Of a stretch of DNA of 64,000 bases, positions 1-9,374 are shown piece after piece. Below the pieces are notes generated by a model. The model was not told the DNA's origin. It searched no databases and saw nothing but the letters and a program-made list of their open reading frames with translations. The translations under genes and the position numbers were made by a program. Source of the DNA: Candidatus Obscuribacterales bacterium (GTDB taxonomy: Bacteria; Cyanobacteriota; Vampirovibrionia; Obscuribacterales; Obscuribacteraceae); the NCBI GenBank assembly GCA_965228855.1, contig CBDDIJ010000002.1, positions 2,400,001 through 2,464,000 on the forward strand. The letters are read 5' to 3'. The number at the start of each line of letters is the position of its first letter. The first letter of the stretch is position 1.

Positions 1-148
1 GCGAACATCGAGAATCTCGACGCAGATTTCGCTCACGTAATTTTCAGTATACTCAAGGAGTCTCAAATCGGCGCGTGGCGTTTTGAAACTTCGTCATCGA
101 CTACGCTTCGCATTTCCCGAGACTGTCATTGACCACTTCGTTTATGTG

Positions 149-757
149 TTAACCCGATGGAGTTGGAACCAGTTCGCTATGAATCCCATTCAGGAACACG
201 GAGGTGGCAACGTCTGCAAACTGACTTTCGGAGATTGGACCTGTCGGTTTGAACCAGGTGTAAGTCCAGTTTATTGCGCCCATCAGATACATTGATAGTG
301 AGGTCACCATACTATCGTTCAAGTCAGGACGAAGCTTGGTGAGAATATCTTTGATGGTTCGTAAAACCGACTTCTCAAGCCCTTTTATCGTTGCCTGTTG
401 TTCTGCAGCAAGGCAGTGCAAATTATTCAGCAACACGATGTGGCGTTCTCTCGAACTCATGTATAGCTTCATCAAAGCCCTTACCAACTGCTGGAGTTGC
501 GCCTCTGGTTCATCCGTTTGCTGCAGTGCCGTGTTCGCCGTATTAACCAGGATCTGGCAATGCGAATGCAGCATATCATAGAGCAGCGCATCTTTCGACG
601 AGTAATAATGATACAGCAGCGCCTTCGAAACACCGCATCGTGCCGCGATGTCGGCGATCGATGTGCCGTCGTATCCGCGATCTGCGAACATGGTAGCTGC
701 GGTGTCCAAAATTTCCTGGCGCCGCTGTTCATAATTGTCAGCGCGTGGTCTAGCCAT
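149..757 (-). CDS. TetR/AcrR family transcriptional regulator (KstR2/PaaR-like)
   Basis: N-terminal HTH RRQEILDTAATMFADRGYDGTSIADIAARCGVSKALLYHYY; C-terminal GAINWTYTWFKP typical of acyl-CoA-sensing TetRs. Confidence 0.9.
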   Translation of the reverse strand: MARPRADNYEQRRQEILDTAATMFADRGYDGTSIADIAARCGVSKALLYHYYSSKDALLYDMLHSHCQILVNTANTALQQTDEPEAQLQQLVRALMKLYMSSRERHIVLLNNLHCLAAEQQATIKGLEKSVLRTIKDILTKLRPDLNDSMVTSLSMYLMGAINWTYTWFKPTGPISESQFADVATSVFLNGIHSELVPTPSG

Positions 758-804
758 AATATGCGCCCCTTGATTGCATGTTTAAAACTGCGATTGGTTT
801 CCGG

Positions 805-1887
805 TTAAAAAATTGGAACGATTTTGTCAGCGTCAAAAGCAACGTCTTCACCGTCAACGTCAATTTCCGGCAGCGCCGGGAATTTGACACCGTGCGGCTC
901 TACGATAGTTTTCAGTCTGACGACTGCAGTTCTCCAGTTAGCTCTGCGCTCTTCGAGCGTGAGAATTCCAAATCCGGCCGTGCGAGCAACTTCTTCAAGC
1001 ATGCGCTGCGCGGGCAAGAAGGTAGGCGGCAGATGCCAGAATTCTGCCGGCGGTTCGTAAAGAATTCCGGATAAGAAAATAAATCCGGCTCGGAACTGTT
1101 TCGTCACCGTCATCTTCTCTTCTTCGCTCATCTTCGGAAGCACTTCTTTCAGAAGCGCCAGGCAGAAGCTGAGGTGGCGTCCTTCGTCTCGACCTATGTT
1201 GCGGAATGCTTCTTTGAAGACAGGGATGGTGGTGTTTTGATACATGCTGTGGAAAAGCGTGGATGATGCAACTTCGCCGAAGAGGAAGGAGCTGAACAGT
1301 ATGCCCATCGGATACATCTCGACGGCGCGTTTGTAGCCGTTCCAATAACGTGCGCCGTTGTGATACAACCATTGGATGTTGTTTCTTGCAAGCTTGCCGA
1401 GTTCAGTTTCCGGCTCGTAGCCTAGCGGTCCGTTGGGTGTTAACAACGTGATAGCCTTCCCACAAACTTCTTCGTGATTCATCTCGTCGCGCGTGACTGA
1501 GAAGAAGCACTTGCGGATTGCGTCTTCCTCGTGTGTTTCGTAAGCGTGGATCATTGCCCTTGCAAATACCGCGGGGCCTGACGCATCGAAAACCGAGAGC
1601 AGTGCAAACCAATAGGCGATTGCGTAGCGTTGATCGAGAGTCATGCTCTCAACGTCCAATTCATGCCATGGCAGTTGAGCAGGCGACCAGCCTGGATCTC
1701 GAGAGTCGTTGTAAATCTCCATCAAGCGAGGAGTCTCAACGCGCCAATCGAATGGAAACAGATTCAGCCTGTCGGTTATCTTCGGTGCCTCTTCTGCGTT
1801 GAGCAGAAGTTGTTCAGGGCTCACCATCGCATCGAACTCGACCGGTGGTTTGACTAACTTGCTATCCTGCGCGTTTTTCGTCGCCAT
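805..1887 (-). CDS. Ferritin-like di-iron domain protein of unknown function
   Basis: Two DExxH motifs (RDEMNHE, RDEGRH) plus FGE; ATG at 1887 with a GAGAG RBS-like sequence preferred over TTG 1950. Confidence 0.75.
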   Translation of the reverse strand: MATKNAQDSKLVKPPVEFDAMVSPEQLLLNAEEAPKITDRLNLFPFDWRVETPRLMEIYNDSRDPGWSPAQLPWHELDVESMTLDQRYAIAYWFALLSVFDASGPAVFARAMIHAYETHEEDAIRKCFFSVTRDEMNHEEVCGKAITLLTPNGPLGYEPETELGKLARNNIQWLYHNGARYWNGYKRAVEMYPMGILFSSFLFGEVASSTLFHSMYQNTTIPVFKEAFRNIGRDEGRHLSFCLALLKEVLPKMSEEEKMTVTKQFRAGFIFLSGILYEPPAEFWHLPPTFLPAQRMLEEVARTAGFGILTLEERRANWRTAVVRLKTIVEPHGVKFPALPEIDVDGEDVAFDADKIVPIF

Positions 1888-1962
1888 GTTTTGCTCTCTC
1901 TGAAGAGGGGATGAACTGTTGCGGTTCAATTGACTGGTTTGGTCTGTCAATCTTAATTAACC

Positions 1963-1987
1963 AACCGACCGGTCGATTAATATTATA
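1963..1987 (-). promoter_or_regulatory. -10 box (TATAAT, 1982-1987) with adjacent palindromic TetR-type operator (1963-1978)
   Basis: AACCGACCGGTCGATT is a palindrome with one mismatched pair, just downstream of a perfect minus-strand TATAAT and upstream of the ferritin-like/TetR pair. Confidence 0.7.
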
Positions 1988-2290
1988 GCGCATTTTAGTC
2001 GAAAATCTAGTCCCTAACTCTAATCGGCGACCTCTAATGGTTGCTTCTACTATTTATAGAAAGCTAACTGAGCCTCTTCAGGCACTTTGCGAAAGCCCGC
2101 ATGCTCGAAACTCTGACCCGTGCGCACGCACTTATGTTCAAAACTCTGACAGGAAGTCTTTCAGAGTCTATAAATGATAGAAGTAACCATAAGAGGTTCA
2201 TTTGAGAGTGGGCAATGGCGTCTGCTGGACCTGCAACCCTGAAAAATTGCCAGTGGCAAGAAAGCTTCAAAGATGCGCTAAATCCTAAAT

Positions 2291-2806
2291 ATGAACCAAG
2301 AATTTCAAGAGATTCATATACGCAATCTGCACAAGGTCAACGATTGGCTGTACCGCGGCGGTCAGCCTGACGAGGTAGGTCTGCGCGAACTGTACAACCA
2401 TGGCATTCGGGCGGTCATCAGTTTCCGCTGGCGCGATTCGGTCAATCAGTGGGAGCGCGCAGCCTGCGAAAAAATTGGTCTGAAATTCTACTCGATTCCG
2501 TTGAACTACATGAAGGTGCCGAGAGCACATCATATTGAAACGTTCTTTCAAATTTTGGACGACTTAGGAAATAGATCAGTCTTCGTTCATTGCTTCCACG
2601 GATCAGATCGAACTGGCTTGATGTGCGGGATTTATCGTATTACAAGAGATGGATGGACTGTCAAAGACGCATATAGAGAAATGAAAGCCTGCGGGTTTCA
2701 TCGCTTCAGAATTCGACCATTTAAGTGGTGTCTCTGGCAGTACTACGCCTCTCATCTTAAATCGCAAGCGGCAGCCGATAGAGCGTTGAAACAAGCTCAG
2801 GGTTAA
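2291..2806 (+). CDS. Cys-based dual-specificity/tyrosine phosphatase family protein
   Basis: LYRGGQP and the P-loop HCFHGSDRTG (HCx5R). Confidence 0.85.
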   Translation: MNQEFQEIHIRNLHKVNDWLYRGGQPDEVGLRELYNHGIRAVISFRWRDSVNQWERAACEKIGLKFYSIPLNYMKVPRAHHIETFFQILDDLGNRSVFVHCFHGSDRTGLMCGIYRITRDGWTVKDAYREMKACGFHRFRIRPFKWCLWQYYASHLKSQAAADRALKQAQG

Positions 2807-2918
2807 ACAGACTTTTCTGCGCCGTCTCCGGCTTGGTTGGAGCGATGAATGTGATTAGACGCGACTCGCATTTTTAGCACATGCTCATGTACTGTTTGAA
2901 GTCGCGAAGCCTGTAGGC

Positions 2919-3899
2919 TCAGGTCGCCGTAGCTCGGGGAACGTAGATATCCACTGCAGCAGGCAGTACTGATACCGTCACTGGTGTCGTTCCAAATTCG
3001 TCACCGTCGAGCATTGTGGTCGGTTGCTTATCGTCTTCATCGACGGGAGCGGCGGCTTCCTGCGGCACCGGAAGTGCGCTTGCGATCAGCTGAGGCGTGC
3101 TCAATTCGTGTAATGCTTCGATTGTCACCGTGCTGACATCGAACATCTTGTACGGGACGTTATCGGTTTCCGCGCTCCCGAGAAACCAGGCGCCGAAGCG
3201 CATGGCAATGCCAACGTATTCGTCGAGGTTTTGAGGGTCGAGAATGATCAGGTTCAACTTTCCATCTTGCAAGCTGCTGGCGTCGGCACGTTGACCGATT
3301 CCGAGCTCTTGCGGATTTGTGACAAAGATAGCTGAGGCATTGCACTCGACAGTTGTTCCGTCGGCGACGATGCGAAATTTGTAAGGGCGCTCGAACATCG
3401 CTTTCATCAATGGTCTGACGTAACTGAACATGCCGTGCGCTCCCTTCTCCGACTTGCCGGGTGTGGTGACAGCCATCGCAATCGGTCCGACTGCGACGTC
3501 TAGCGCAAATGGAACGCCGTTTGCTTCTCCCAAGTCAATTGGAAGAAGACGACCGTTTTTGATAGTATCCAGTGCCAGTTCGAGCATCTCCTCTTTGTTT
3601 TCCGTTTTCAATCCTAAACAGTCGGCAAACAAATTTCCGGTTCCAGCTGGAATGATGCCGATTGGTATTCGCTTTGGGGCGCGGGCCAGTTTTGCAAGAA
3701 CCCGACCGACGGTGCCGTCTCCGCCCATCGCAATCGCCCGGTCAGCTGCCATAAGCTGCTCTTCGGTCACTTTGTCTGCTTCAACGATGACGGACTCATC
3801 GCCGGTCATCTCGTGTAAATACTCTGAAATTGAACCCATTTGTTCTGTGCAGGACTCGAAAGAACCCGCTTCCTGATTGCAGAACACCAGCGTCGTCAT
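2919..3899 (-). CDS. Diacylglycerol kinase family (YegS/DgkB-like) lipid kinase
   Basis: MGGDGTVG, GIIPAGTGNLFA and C-terminal LDGDEFG motifs. Confidence 0.85.
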   Translation of the reverse strand: MTTLVFCNQEAGSFESCTEQMGSISEYLHEMTGDESVIVEADKVTEEQLMAADRAIAMGGDGTVGRVLAKLARAPKRIPIGIIPAGTGNLFADCLGLKTENKEEMLELALDTIKNGRLLPIDLGEANGVPFALDVAVGPIAMAVTTPGKSEKGAHGMFSYVRPLMKAMFERPYKFRIVADGTTVECNASAIFVTNPQELGIGQRADASSLQDGKLNLIILDPQNLDEYVGIAMRFGAWFLGSAETDNVPYKMFDVSTVTIEALHELSTPQLIASALPVPQEAAAPVDEDDKQPTTMLDGDEFGTTPVTVSVLPAAVDIYVPRATAT

Positions 3900-4196
3900 T
3901 ATTTCCGCCCTCAATATTTGGTTTGTTAAAACCAGCTATTACCTCGTGGTAATAGAGACTATCTCGTTTTTAGCCTATTTTGAAAGGAATGATGCCGGAG
4001 CGCTTTGTAGCTGAACGTCCACACTAATTTTGTTTCTCTGTGTAACCGCATGTGGTGCTCCGGTACGTTTCTCGTGCGGTTGTGGCTGTTTAAACCTGAA
4101 TCGGAATGAGGCAAGGAAACAGCCATCCTCACTGCGGCACGCTCAGGAATATGGTGCTAGGCTTGAGGCATAGAGTGAAAACGGAGGCGCAACCGG

Positions 4197-4772
4197 TTGA
4201 AAATCAGGAAGGTTTTTTCGGCTCTATTGCTCATTTTGACCTGCACGGCGACTTTCAACTTCGTCGCAAGTGTCGGATTCGCGAAGGATGAAAATGCGGT
4301 GACTCAGAAAAAAGCGGTTGATGCCAAAGTCCATAATACTAAAGCCAGGACTGGGGCTAAAGTTGATTCCGACGCGAAAAACCGTTCCGACAACTACTGG
4401 AAGAAAAAGCTCGACCCCAAAGTTTATGAGGTCACGAGGTGCAGCGCCACTGAAGCGCCATTTACAGGGAAGTATTGGGATAACCATAAGCCAGGCGAGT
4501 ATAAGTGCAGCAATTGTGGCGAGCTTTTATTCGACTCCAAAGATAAGTTCGACTCAGGCTCCGGCTGGCCGAGTTTTTCGAAACCGACTGGTGCCTCCGT
4601 CGACAAAAAGGTCGATAAGTCGCATGGTATGGTACGCGACGAAGTTATTTGCAAAAACTGCGGGGCGCATCTGGGTCATGTGTTCAATGACGGTCCGACT
4701 GCCACAGGAATGAGATACTGCATCAACTCAGCTTCTCTGGACTTCGACGAAGATAAATCCCGAAAGAAATAG
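4197..4772 (+). CDS. msrB: Peptide-methionine (R)-S-oxide reductase with N-terminal signal peptide
   Basis: TEAPFTG, CSNC, KFDSGSGWPSF, CKNCGAHLGHVF, RYCINSASL; hydrophobic leader. Confidence 0.93.
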   Translation: MKIRKVFSALLLILTCTATFNFVASVGFAKDENAVTQKKAVDAKVHNTKARTGAKVDSDAKNRSDNYWKKKLDPKVYEVTRCSATEAPFTGKYWDNHKPGEYKCSNCGELLFDSKDKFDSGSGWPSFSKPTGASVDKKVDKSHGMVRDEVICKNCGAHLGHVFNDGPTATGMRYCINSASLDFDEDKSRKK

Positions 4773-4823
4773 ACGTCTGCGTCTTCCGGTTCTAATTCTA
4801 TAGCCGAGAAAGTCTGCAAAATT

Positions 4824-4859
4824 AGAGCCGCCCGGGCTCCTGGATTCCCGAGCGGCTCT
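4824..4859. terminator. GC-rich hairpin downstream of msrB (possible terminator or stabilising stem)
   Basis: AGAGCCGCCCGGG...CCCGAGCGGCTCT, 13-bp arms with one mismatch; no strong U-tract. Confidence 0.4.
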
Positions 4860-5334
4860 ATCCTTCGGACAGACTTTCCGAGCACAGCGCCTGAATGGTC
4901 AAGTGAAATCATCTTGAATGCGCGATGCCAGCCATACTCGGCAGCCAGTGTCCAATGCTGTAAGAGGATAGGGTCTCGCGCCTGCGATTGATTTTTCGCC
5001 CTGGTCGCTCGGTGTGTACCTTTCAACGTCGTACCGGCGACCCTATCCTTTAAAACCCGTCCTCCTCACTAGTGATTTGTCCCGCTGGGCTTCGTTCCCC
5101 TCGGTAAATTCATCATCGTTCGGACAGGCGTAAAGGAAACATCAAAATTTCCCTGAAGTTCGTAAAGTCCGTGCAAGACCGTCGCTCGGACGTTTCCGGA
5201 TGCGAACTGTTCCTTCGGGTGATTACGTAAATCAGAGAAATGCTCTATGCTGGGTAAGCGTGTGCATCGCTGAAAGATGGATTAGCCCTCCATCCCGGGT
5301 TTACGCCCGGTTCTTTCGGTGACAGACAGGTATC

Positions 5335-6855
5335 ATGAGCAGAATCCTACGACCGGAAGACATCAGCGAAGATGATCTCGTAGTGCCCGAAAGGGCGCTT
5401 TATCGCGTATTGCTGGTGCGAGGGCGTGACGAGAATGCTATCGTCCTCAATCACCTCGAGACGACCGCCTGTCGCGAGTTCGACTTCAGCACTGCCGAAA
5501 GTGTTGAGGACGCCCTTGCCGTTTTAGCAGATCAGACTTTCGACCTGCTGGTCCTTGGGTTGAATGCCCCGGCCGGGCAAGAATTTGACGCGTTTGACTG
5601 CATTAAAAAAGTGTCTTCCGATTTGCCGGTCGTCATCCTTTCTAATACAAAGGATAGAGACGTCGCGATTGCTGCGGTCAAACGCGGTGCCCACGACTTT
5701 TTGATGACCAATTCTTCATATCCTATCGAGTTGGTCAAACTGCGTTTGCTTTATTCTATTGAACGCAGTCGCACAGAACGCGCTGCTCGGTCACTTGCTA
5801 AAACCGAAAAATTTGCGCTGCGAAGCGTGGTCGAAAATTCGCCGCTGATGTTTCTCCGCCTCGATCGAAATTACGTGATTCGTGATTGCAATAGAAACTT
5901 TGCCGATGAGCTTCAGCGACCGCGATCGCAAATTCGACGCCGGTCCATTTTTGATTTTCTTCCCGAATTTTCCGAAAGAGAAATTGATACTTTGTCTGCC
6001 GGTGGACAACTTCCTCGTAAAAATTTCACCCTTAAAGATCAGGAAACGGGCCAACAGAGAGAGGTCTATTGGAATTGTTTTGGCTGGCCTTTTTATAAAA
6101 CCAATCGCGACGAACGCGAACACATCATTGTTTCAATCGACGTCACACGCGAAGTGCAATTGGATCAGTTTAGAGAAGAGTTTCTCGCCGCAGTCGCTCA
6201 CGATATTAAGAACCCCGTGGTCGGTCAGGAACGTATACTTTCTGCTCTGTTCAAGGCCCATCCGAATCTGCCGCCTGATGTCACCGCGTCTCTGGCCACA
6301 ATGCGAAACAGCAGTCTGCAATTGCTGAATTTGTTGAATACTCTGGTTGAAATCTATCGATTGGATTCCGGTGAATTCCCTTCTCTGAGCGGTGGTGCTT
6401 CGCTTAATGAAGCAATCGAATCACAGTTTGAAGAACTACAATGCATCGCTATCGCTTCAGACCGAAATGTTACTTTGCAGTTGGAAGAAGATCTTCCCCT
6501 TGCGTCGATTGATCCCACGGCGGCTTATCGACTCGTAGCAAATCTGGTTCACAACGCGCTTCAACACGCGGCGAGAAAGACGGACATCATCGTTCGAACT
6601 CATTCCGACAGCGACTTTGTCACTATCGAAGTCAATAATCAAGGACCGCCTATCAAGCCCGCGACCATGGCAAAACTCTTCCAACGATTTACGCGTGCAT
6701 CTAACGGTGCGGTGAGGGCTAACTCGTCAGGTTTGGGATTGTATCTCTGCAAGCAGACCGTCGAGAAATGCGGCGGTTCGATCATGTGTGTTTCCGAAGA
6801 TGGAACAGGTACAACATTCGTCGCCACATTGCCGCGAGCGCTTTCGCTTTTATAA
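5335..6855 (+). CDS. Hybrid sensor histidine kinase (degenerate receiver-PAS-HisKA-HATPase)
   Basis: H-box AVAHDIKNP, N-box NLVHNALQH, G-box SSGLGLYLC; N-terminal REC-like domain. Confidence 0.88.
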   Translation: MSRILRPEDISEDDLVVPERALYRVLLVRGRDENAIVLNHLETTACREFDFSTAESVEDALAVLADQTFDLLVLGLNAPAGQEFDAFDCIKKVSSDLPVVILSNTKDRDVAIAAVKRGAHDFLMTNSSYPIELVKLRLLYSIERSRTERAARSLAKTEKFALRSVVENSPLMFLRLDRNYVIRDCNRNFADELQRPRSQIRRRSIFDFLPEFSEREIDTLSAGGQLPRKNFTLKDQETGQQREVYWNCFGWPFYKTNRDEREHIIVSIDVTREVQLDQFREEFLAAVAHDIKNPVVGQERILSALFKAHPNLPPDVTASLATMRNSSLQLLNLLNTLVEIYRLDSGEFPSLSGGASLNEAIESQFEELQCIAIASDRNVTLQLEEDLPLASIDPTAAYRLVANLVHNALQHAARKTDIIVRTHSDSDFVTIEVNNQGPPIKPATMAKLFQRFTRASNGAVRANSSGLGLYLCKQTVEKCGGSIMCVSEDGTGTTFVATLPRALSLL

Positions 6856-6885
6856 TTGCCGAGAAACTTCGGCAGATAGTCAGAT

Positions 6886-7920
6886 CTAAGGTTCCGAAAC
6901 CTTGATCAACAATTTGCCGACGTTTCCGCCGTCGAAAAGTTTGTTCAATGCAGTCGGTGCATTTTCCAGACCATCCACGATTGTTTCTCTATGCTTGATT
7001 TTTCCTTGCGCGATCCAACCTGCTAATTTCGTAATCGCTTCTACATTTTTTTCAGCAAAGTCCATTACGATAAAACCTTGAATGCGAATTCGTTTCATCA
7101 ACGCCTTCGCAAGCGGCAACCGCGTTTTGGAGTCGTCTGTATCGTTGTAGCCGGAAATCAAACCGCACAAAACCATTCTGCTGAACAGATTCATTCGATC
7201 GTAAACCGCCTCCATTATTTCGCCTCCGACATTTTCGAAGTTGATGTCTACGCCATTCGGTGTGGCTGCCTCCAGCTGCTTTTTCCAGTTGGAACTTTTG
7301 TAGTCGATAGCTGAGTCGAAACCAAGTTCCTTCGTCAGCCAGTTACATTTCTCTTCACCGCCGGCGATACCAACTACGCGCAAACCGTGAATTTTGCCAA
7401 GTTGACCGACAATGCTTCCGACCGCTCCAGCTGCGGCGGAAACGACTAGTGTTTCACCCTCTTTAGGACTGCCCAGTTCGAGCAGACCAAAATATGCGGT
7501 GAGACCAGTCATGCCGGCTGCACCGCCAAAAACCTGCAGGGGAACTCCCGCTACATCAGGAAGTTTCGCCAGAGCCTTACTTTCAACCTCATTTGCATGA
7601 TAGTAATCTTGCCAGCCCAACAAACCGCTGACGTAATCGCCTTCCTTGAAATTGGGATTGTTTGATTTCTCGACTTTGCCGATGCCCAATCCACGCATCA
7701 CCTCTCCGAGCTGTACTGGTGGCATGTACTGCTCCACATCGCTCATCCAGATTCTGTTGGTTGGGTCCAGAGAGAGGTAGACAACTCTGACGAGAACCTC
7801 GTTCGCGCCCAACTCCGGAACGTCTTCCTCGCGGAAATCGAAGTTATCCGGCGAGACGCGTTCGACAGGACGTGTTTTCAACCGAAATTGGCGGTTCTTG
7901 GTTTTAGTCGTGCTTGTCAT
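6886..7920 (-). CDS. NADP-dependent oxidoreductase (CurA/prostaglandin reductase-like, MDR family)
   Basis: YLSLDP, GMTGLTAYFGL, VVSAAAGAVGSIVGQ, FENVGG, GNVGKLLIKV. Confidence 0.92.
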   Translation of the reverse strand: MTSTTKTKNRQFRLKTRPVERVSPDNFDFREEDVPELGANEVLVRVVYLSLDPTNRIWMSDVEQYMPPVQLGEVMRGLGIGKVEKSNNPNFKEGDYVSGLLGWQDYYHANEVESKALAKLPDVAGVPLQVFGGAAGMTGLTAYFGLLELGSPKEGETLVVSAAAGAVGSIVGQLGKIHGLRVVGIAGGEEKCNWLTKELGFDSAIDYKSSNWKKQLEAATPNGVDINFENVGGEIMEAVYDRMNLFSRMVLCGLISGYNDTDDSKTRLPLAKALMKRIRIQGFIVMDFAEKNVEAITKLAGWIAQGKIKHRETIVDGLENAPTALNKLFDGGNVGKLLIKVSEP

Positions 7921-8240
7921 ACGCTTACCCTCATCTTTCTCTTGTTTGTCTCATCGGCGCGGCGCAAAAGCATACCAGAACAAAGCAAGCGCTGCGTTAG
8001 TTCAGTTCGTTCACACTTGTAAGGTCGCCCGGCTCGGCTGATGCCGTCGGATTTAATGTAGCTGCCGTCGGCATTAAATCCCCGCGCAATCAATGTTTCG
8101 CTCCTGTCGAAGGTTTATGAACGATTCCAAGTGACTAACGCACGCGTCCGGCGGGCATATGATGAAAGGCGGTAAAAAGCCAGCGTTTTTGGCAAGTTCC
8201 GGCTTGTCGTGAATGTTCGGATAATTGGAGGTCGGGCGAC

Positions 8241-8510
8241 ATGAGCGAAAAGCATAGAAGAGAACTGGAACAGCAGGCTATCGCCCGCGCTGAGCGAGAG
8301 CGTGAGGAGCGAAGACGGCGCGAAGAGGCCGAACGGCAGCGCAATAAAAAGGAGCACGAACGTTATCGTATGCAAATGATGGCTGTCGATAAACAGAATG
8401 CCAACAAGAAGCAAGAAGAATTGGACATCGCCAAGAAAAACGATGCAATGATGGACGAACTCGAGCGCCAGAAAGAAGAAGAGCGTTTGCGAATAATATT
8501 CGGCGACTAA
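8241..8510 (+). CDS. Small highly charged helical hypothetical protein
   Basis: 89 aa E/R/K/Q-rich ORF with GGAGG upstream. Confidence 0.6.
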   Translation: MSEKHRRELEQQAIARAEREREERRRREEAERQRNKKEHERYRMQMMAVDKQNANKKQEELDIAKKNDAMMDELERQKEEERLRIIFGD

Positions 8511-8625
8511 GCGAAATTATCACAAGTCTTAGCACCGCACTCTGATTTCAGGGGCGGTGCTTTTGTTTGCGCTAAGATCATTTGCTCTGAAACCAATTAT
8601 TTCAGTTGCGTATGAAGGAGGTAGC

Positions 8626-9252
8626 ATGAAGAGACAATATCTGGCTTCGATTATCACACTGATGATCGTAATGATGGGCGCGGCTTGTACTGGCGCGAAC
8701 GCTGGAGATGAAACCGCTAACTCTGCCGATACGAAGTCAGAAACCCCAGTTGAAACCGGTAAGAACGAAGGGAGTGTGAAGAGAATGGGATCGATTTACG
8801 ATTTTGAAGCAAAGGCATTGAGTGGTGAAGAAATAAAATTTGATAAGTTCAAGGATCATGTTCTTCTCATCGTCAACACTGCCAGCGCATGTGGTTATAC
8901 GCCTCAATATAAGGGATTGGAAGAGCTGCACCAGAAGTTTAATTCTAAAGGATTAGACGTGCTCGGTTTCCCCTGCAACCAATTCGGCGCTCAGGAGCCT
9001 GGCGATAACCACGCAATCGCTAACTTCTGCCAGAAGAATTACGGCGTTGACTTTCAGATGTTCGACAAAGTTGATGTTAACGGTGCCGGAGCTCATCCTC
9101 TCTGGAAATATCTTACGGACGGTCAAGACATCAAATGGAATTTCACCAAGTTCTTGATCAACAAAAAGGGCGAGGTTGTTCAACGCTATGAGTCGAAAGT
9201 AACACCGGAACAAATTCAAGCGGATATCGAGAAAGCACTGCAAGACGGCTAA
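8626..9252 (+). CDS. Glutathione peroxidase family protein (Cys type), exported
   Basis: VNTASACGYTPQY, LGFPCNQFGAQEPG, IKWNFTKFLI; AAGGAGG RBS before ATG 8626; signal peptide. Confidence 0.92.
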   Translation: MKRQYLASIITLMIVMMGAACTGANAGDETANSADTKSETPVETGKNEGSVKRMGSIYDFEAKALSGEEIKFDKFKDHVLLIVNTASACGYTPQYKGLEELHQKFNSKGLDVLGFPCNQFGAQEPGDNHAIANFCQKNYGVDFQMFDKVDVNGAGAHPLWKYLTDGQDIKWNFTKFLINKKGEVVQRYESKVTPEQIQADIEKALQDG

Positions 9253-9287
9253 GGAGTGTCTCGTCGAACAGCTCGAAAAATCTAGTT

Positions 9288-9320
9288 AAAAAACGAGCGG
9301 TACCATCACTGGTGCCGCTC
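9288..9320 (-). terminator. Intrinsic terminator between convergent peroxidase and aldo-keto reductase genes
   Basis: GAGCGGTACCA-TCAC-TGGTGCCGCTC stem preceded by an A-tract (U-tract on the minus strand). Confidence 0.7.
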
Positions 9321-9374
9321 ATTCTTCGTCCTGTTAAACTCGTGGATTAGTTTGAAGGACCTGGAAAAGTCTTT

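Noticed and set aside
1..132. Open plus-strand frame from the window edge to TGA 132
   Set aside because: Possibly the 3' end of a gene, but only 43 codons with no recognisable motif
4676..5026. 116-aa minus-strand ORF overlapping the msrB end
   Set aside because: TTG start, no RBS or motif, and it crosses hairpin elements
8626..9252. Selenocysteine in the peroxidase or MsrB
   Set aside because: Both catalytic positions are ordinary Cys codons in uninterrupted frames
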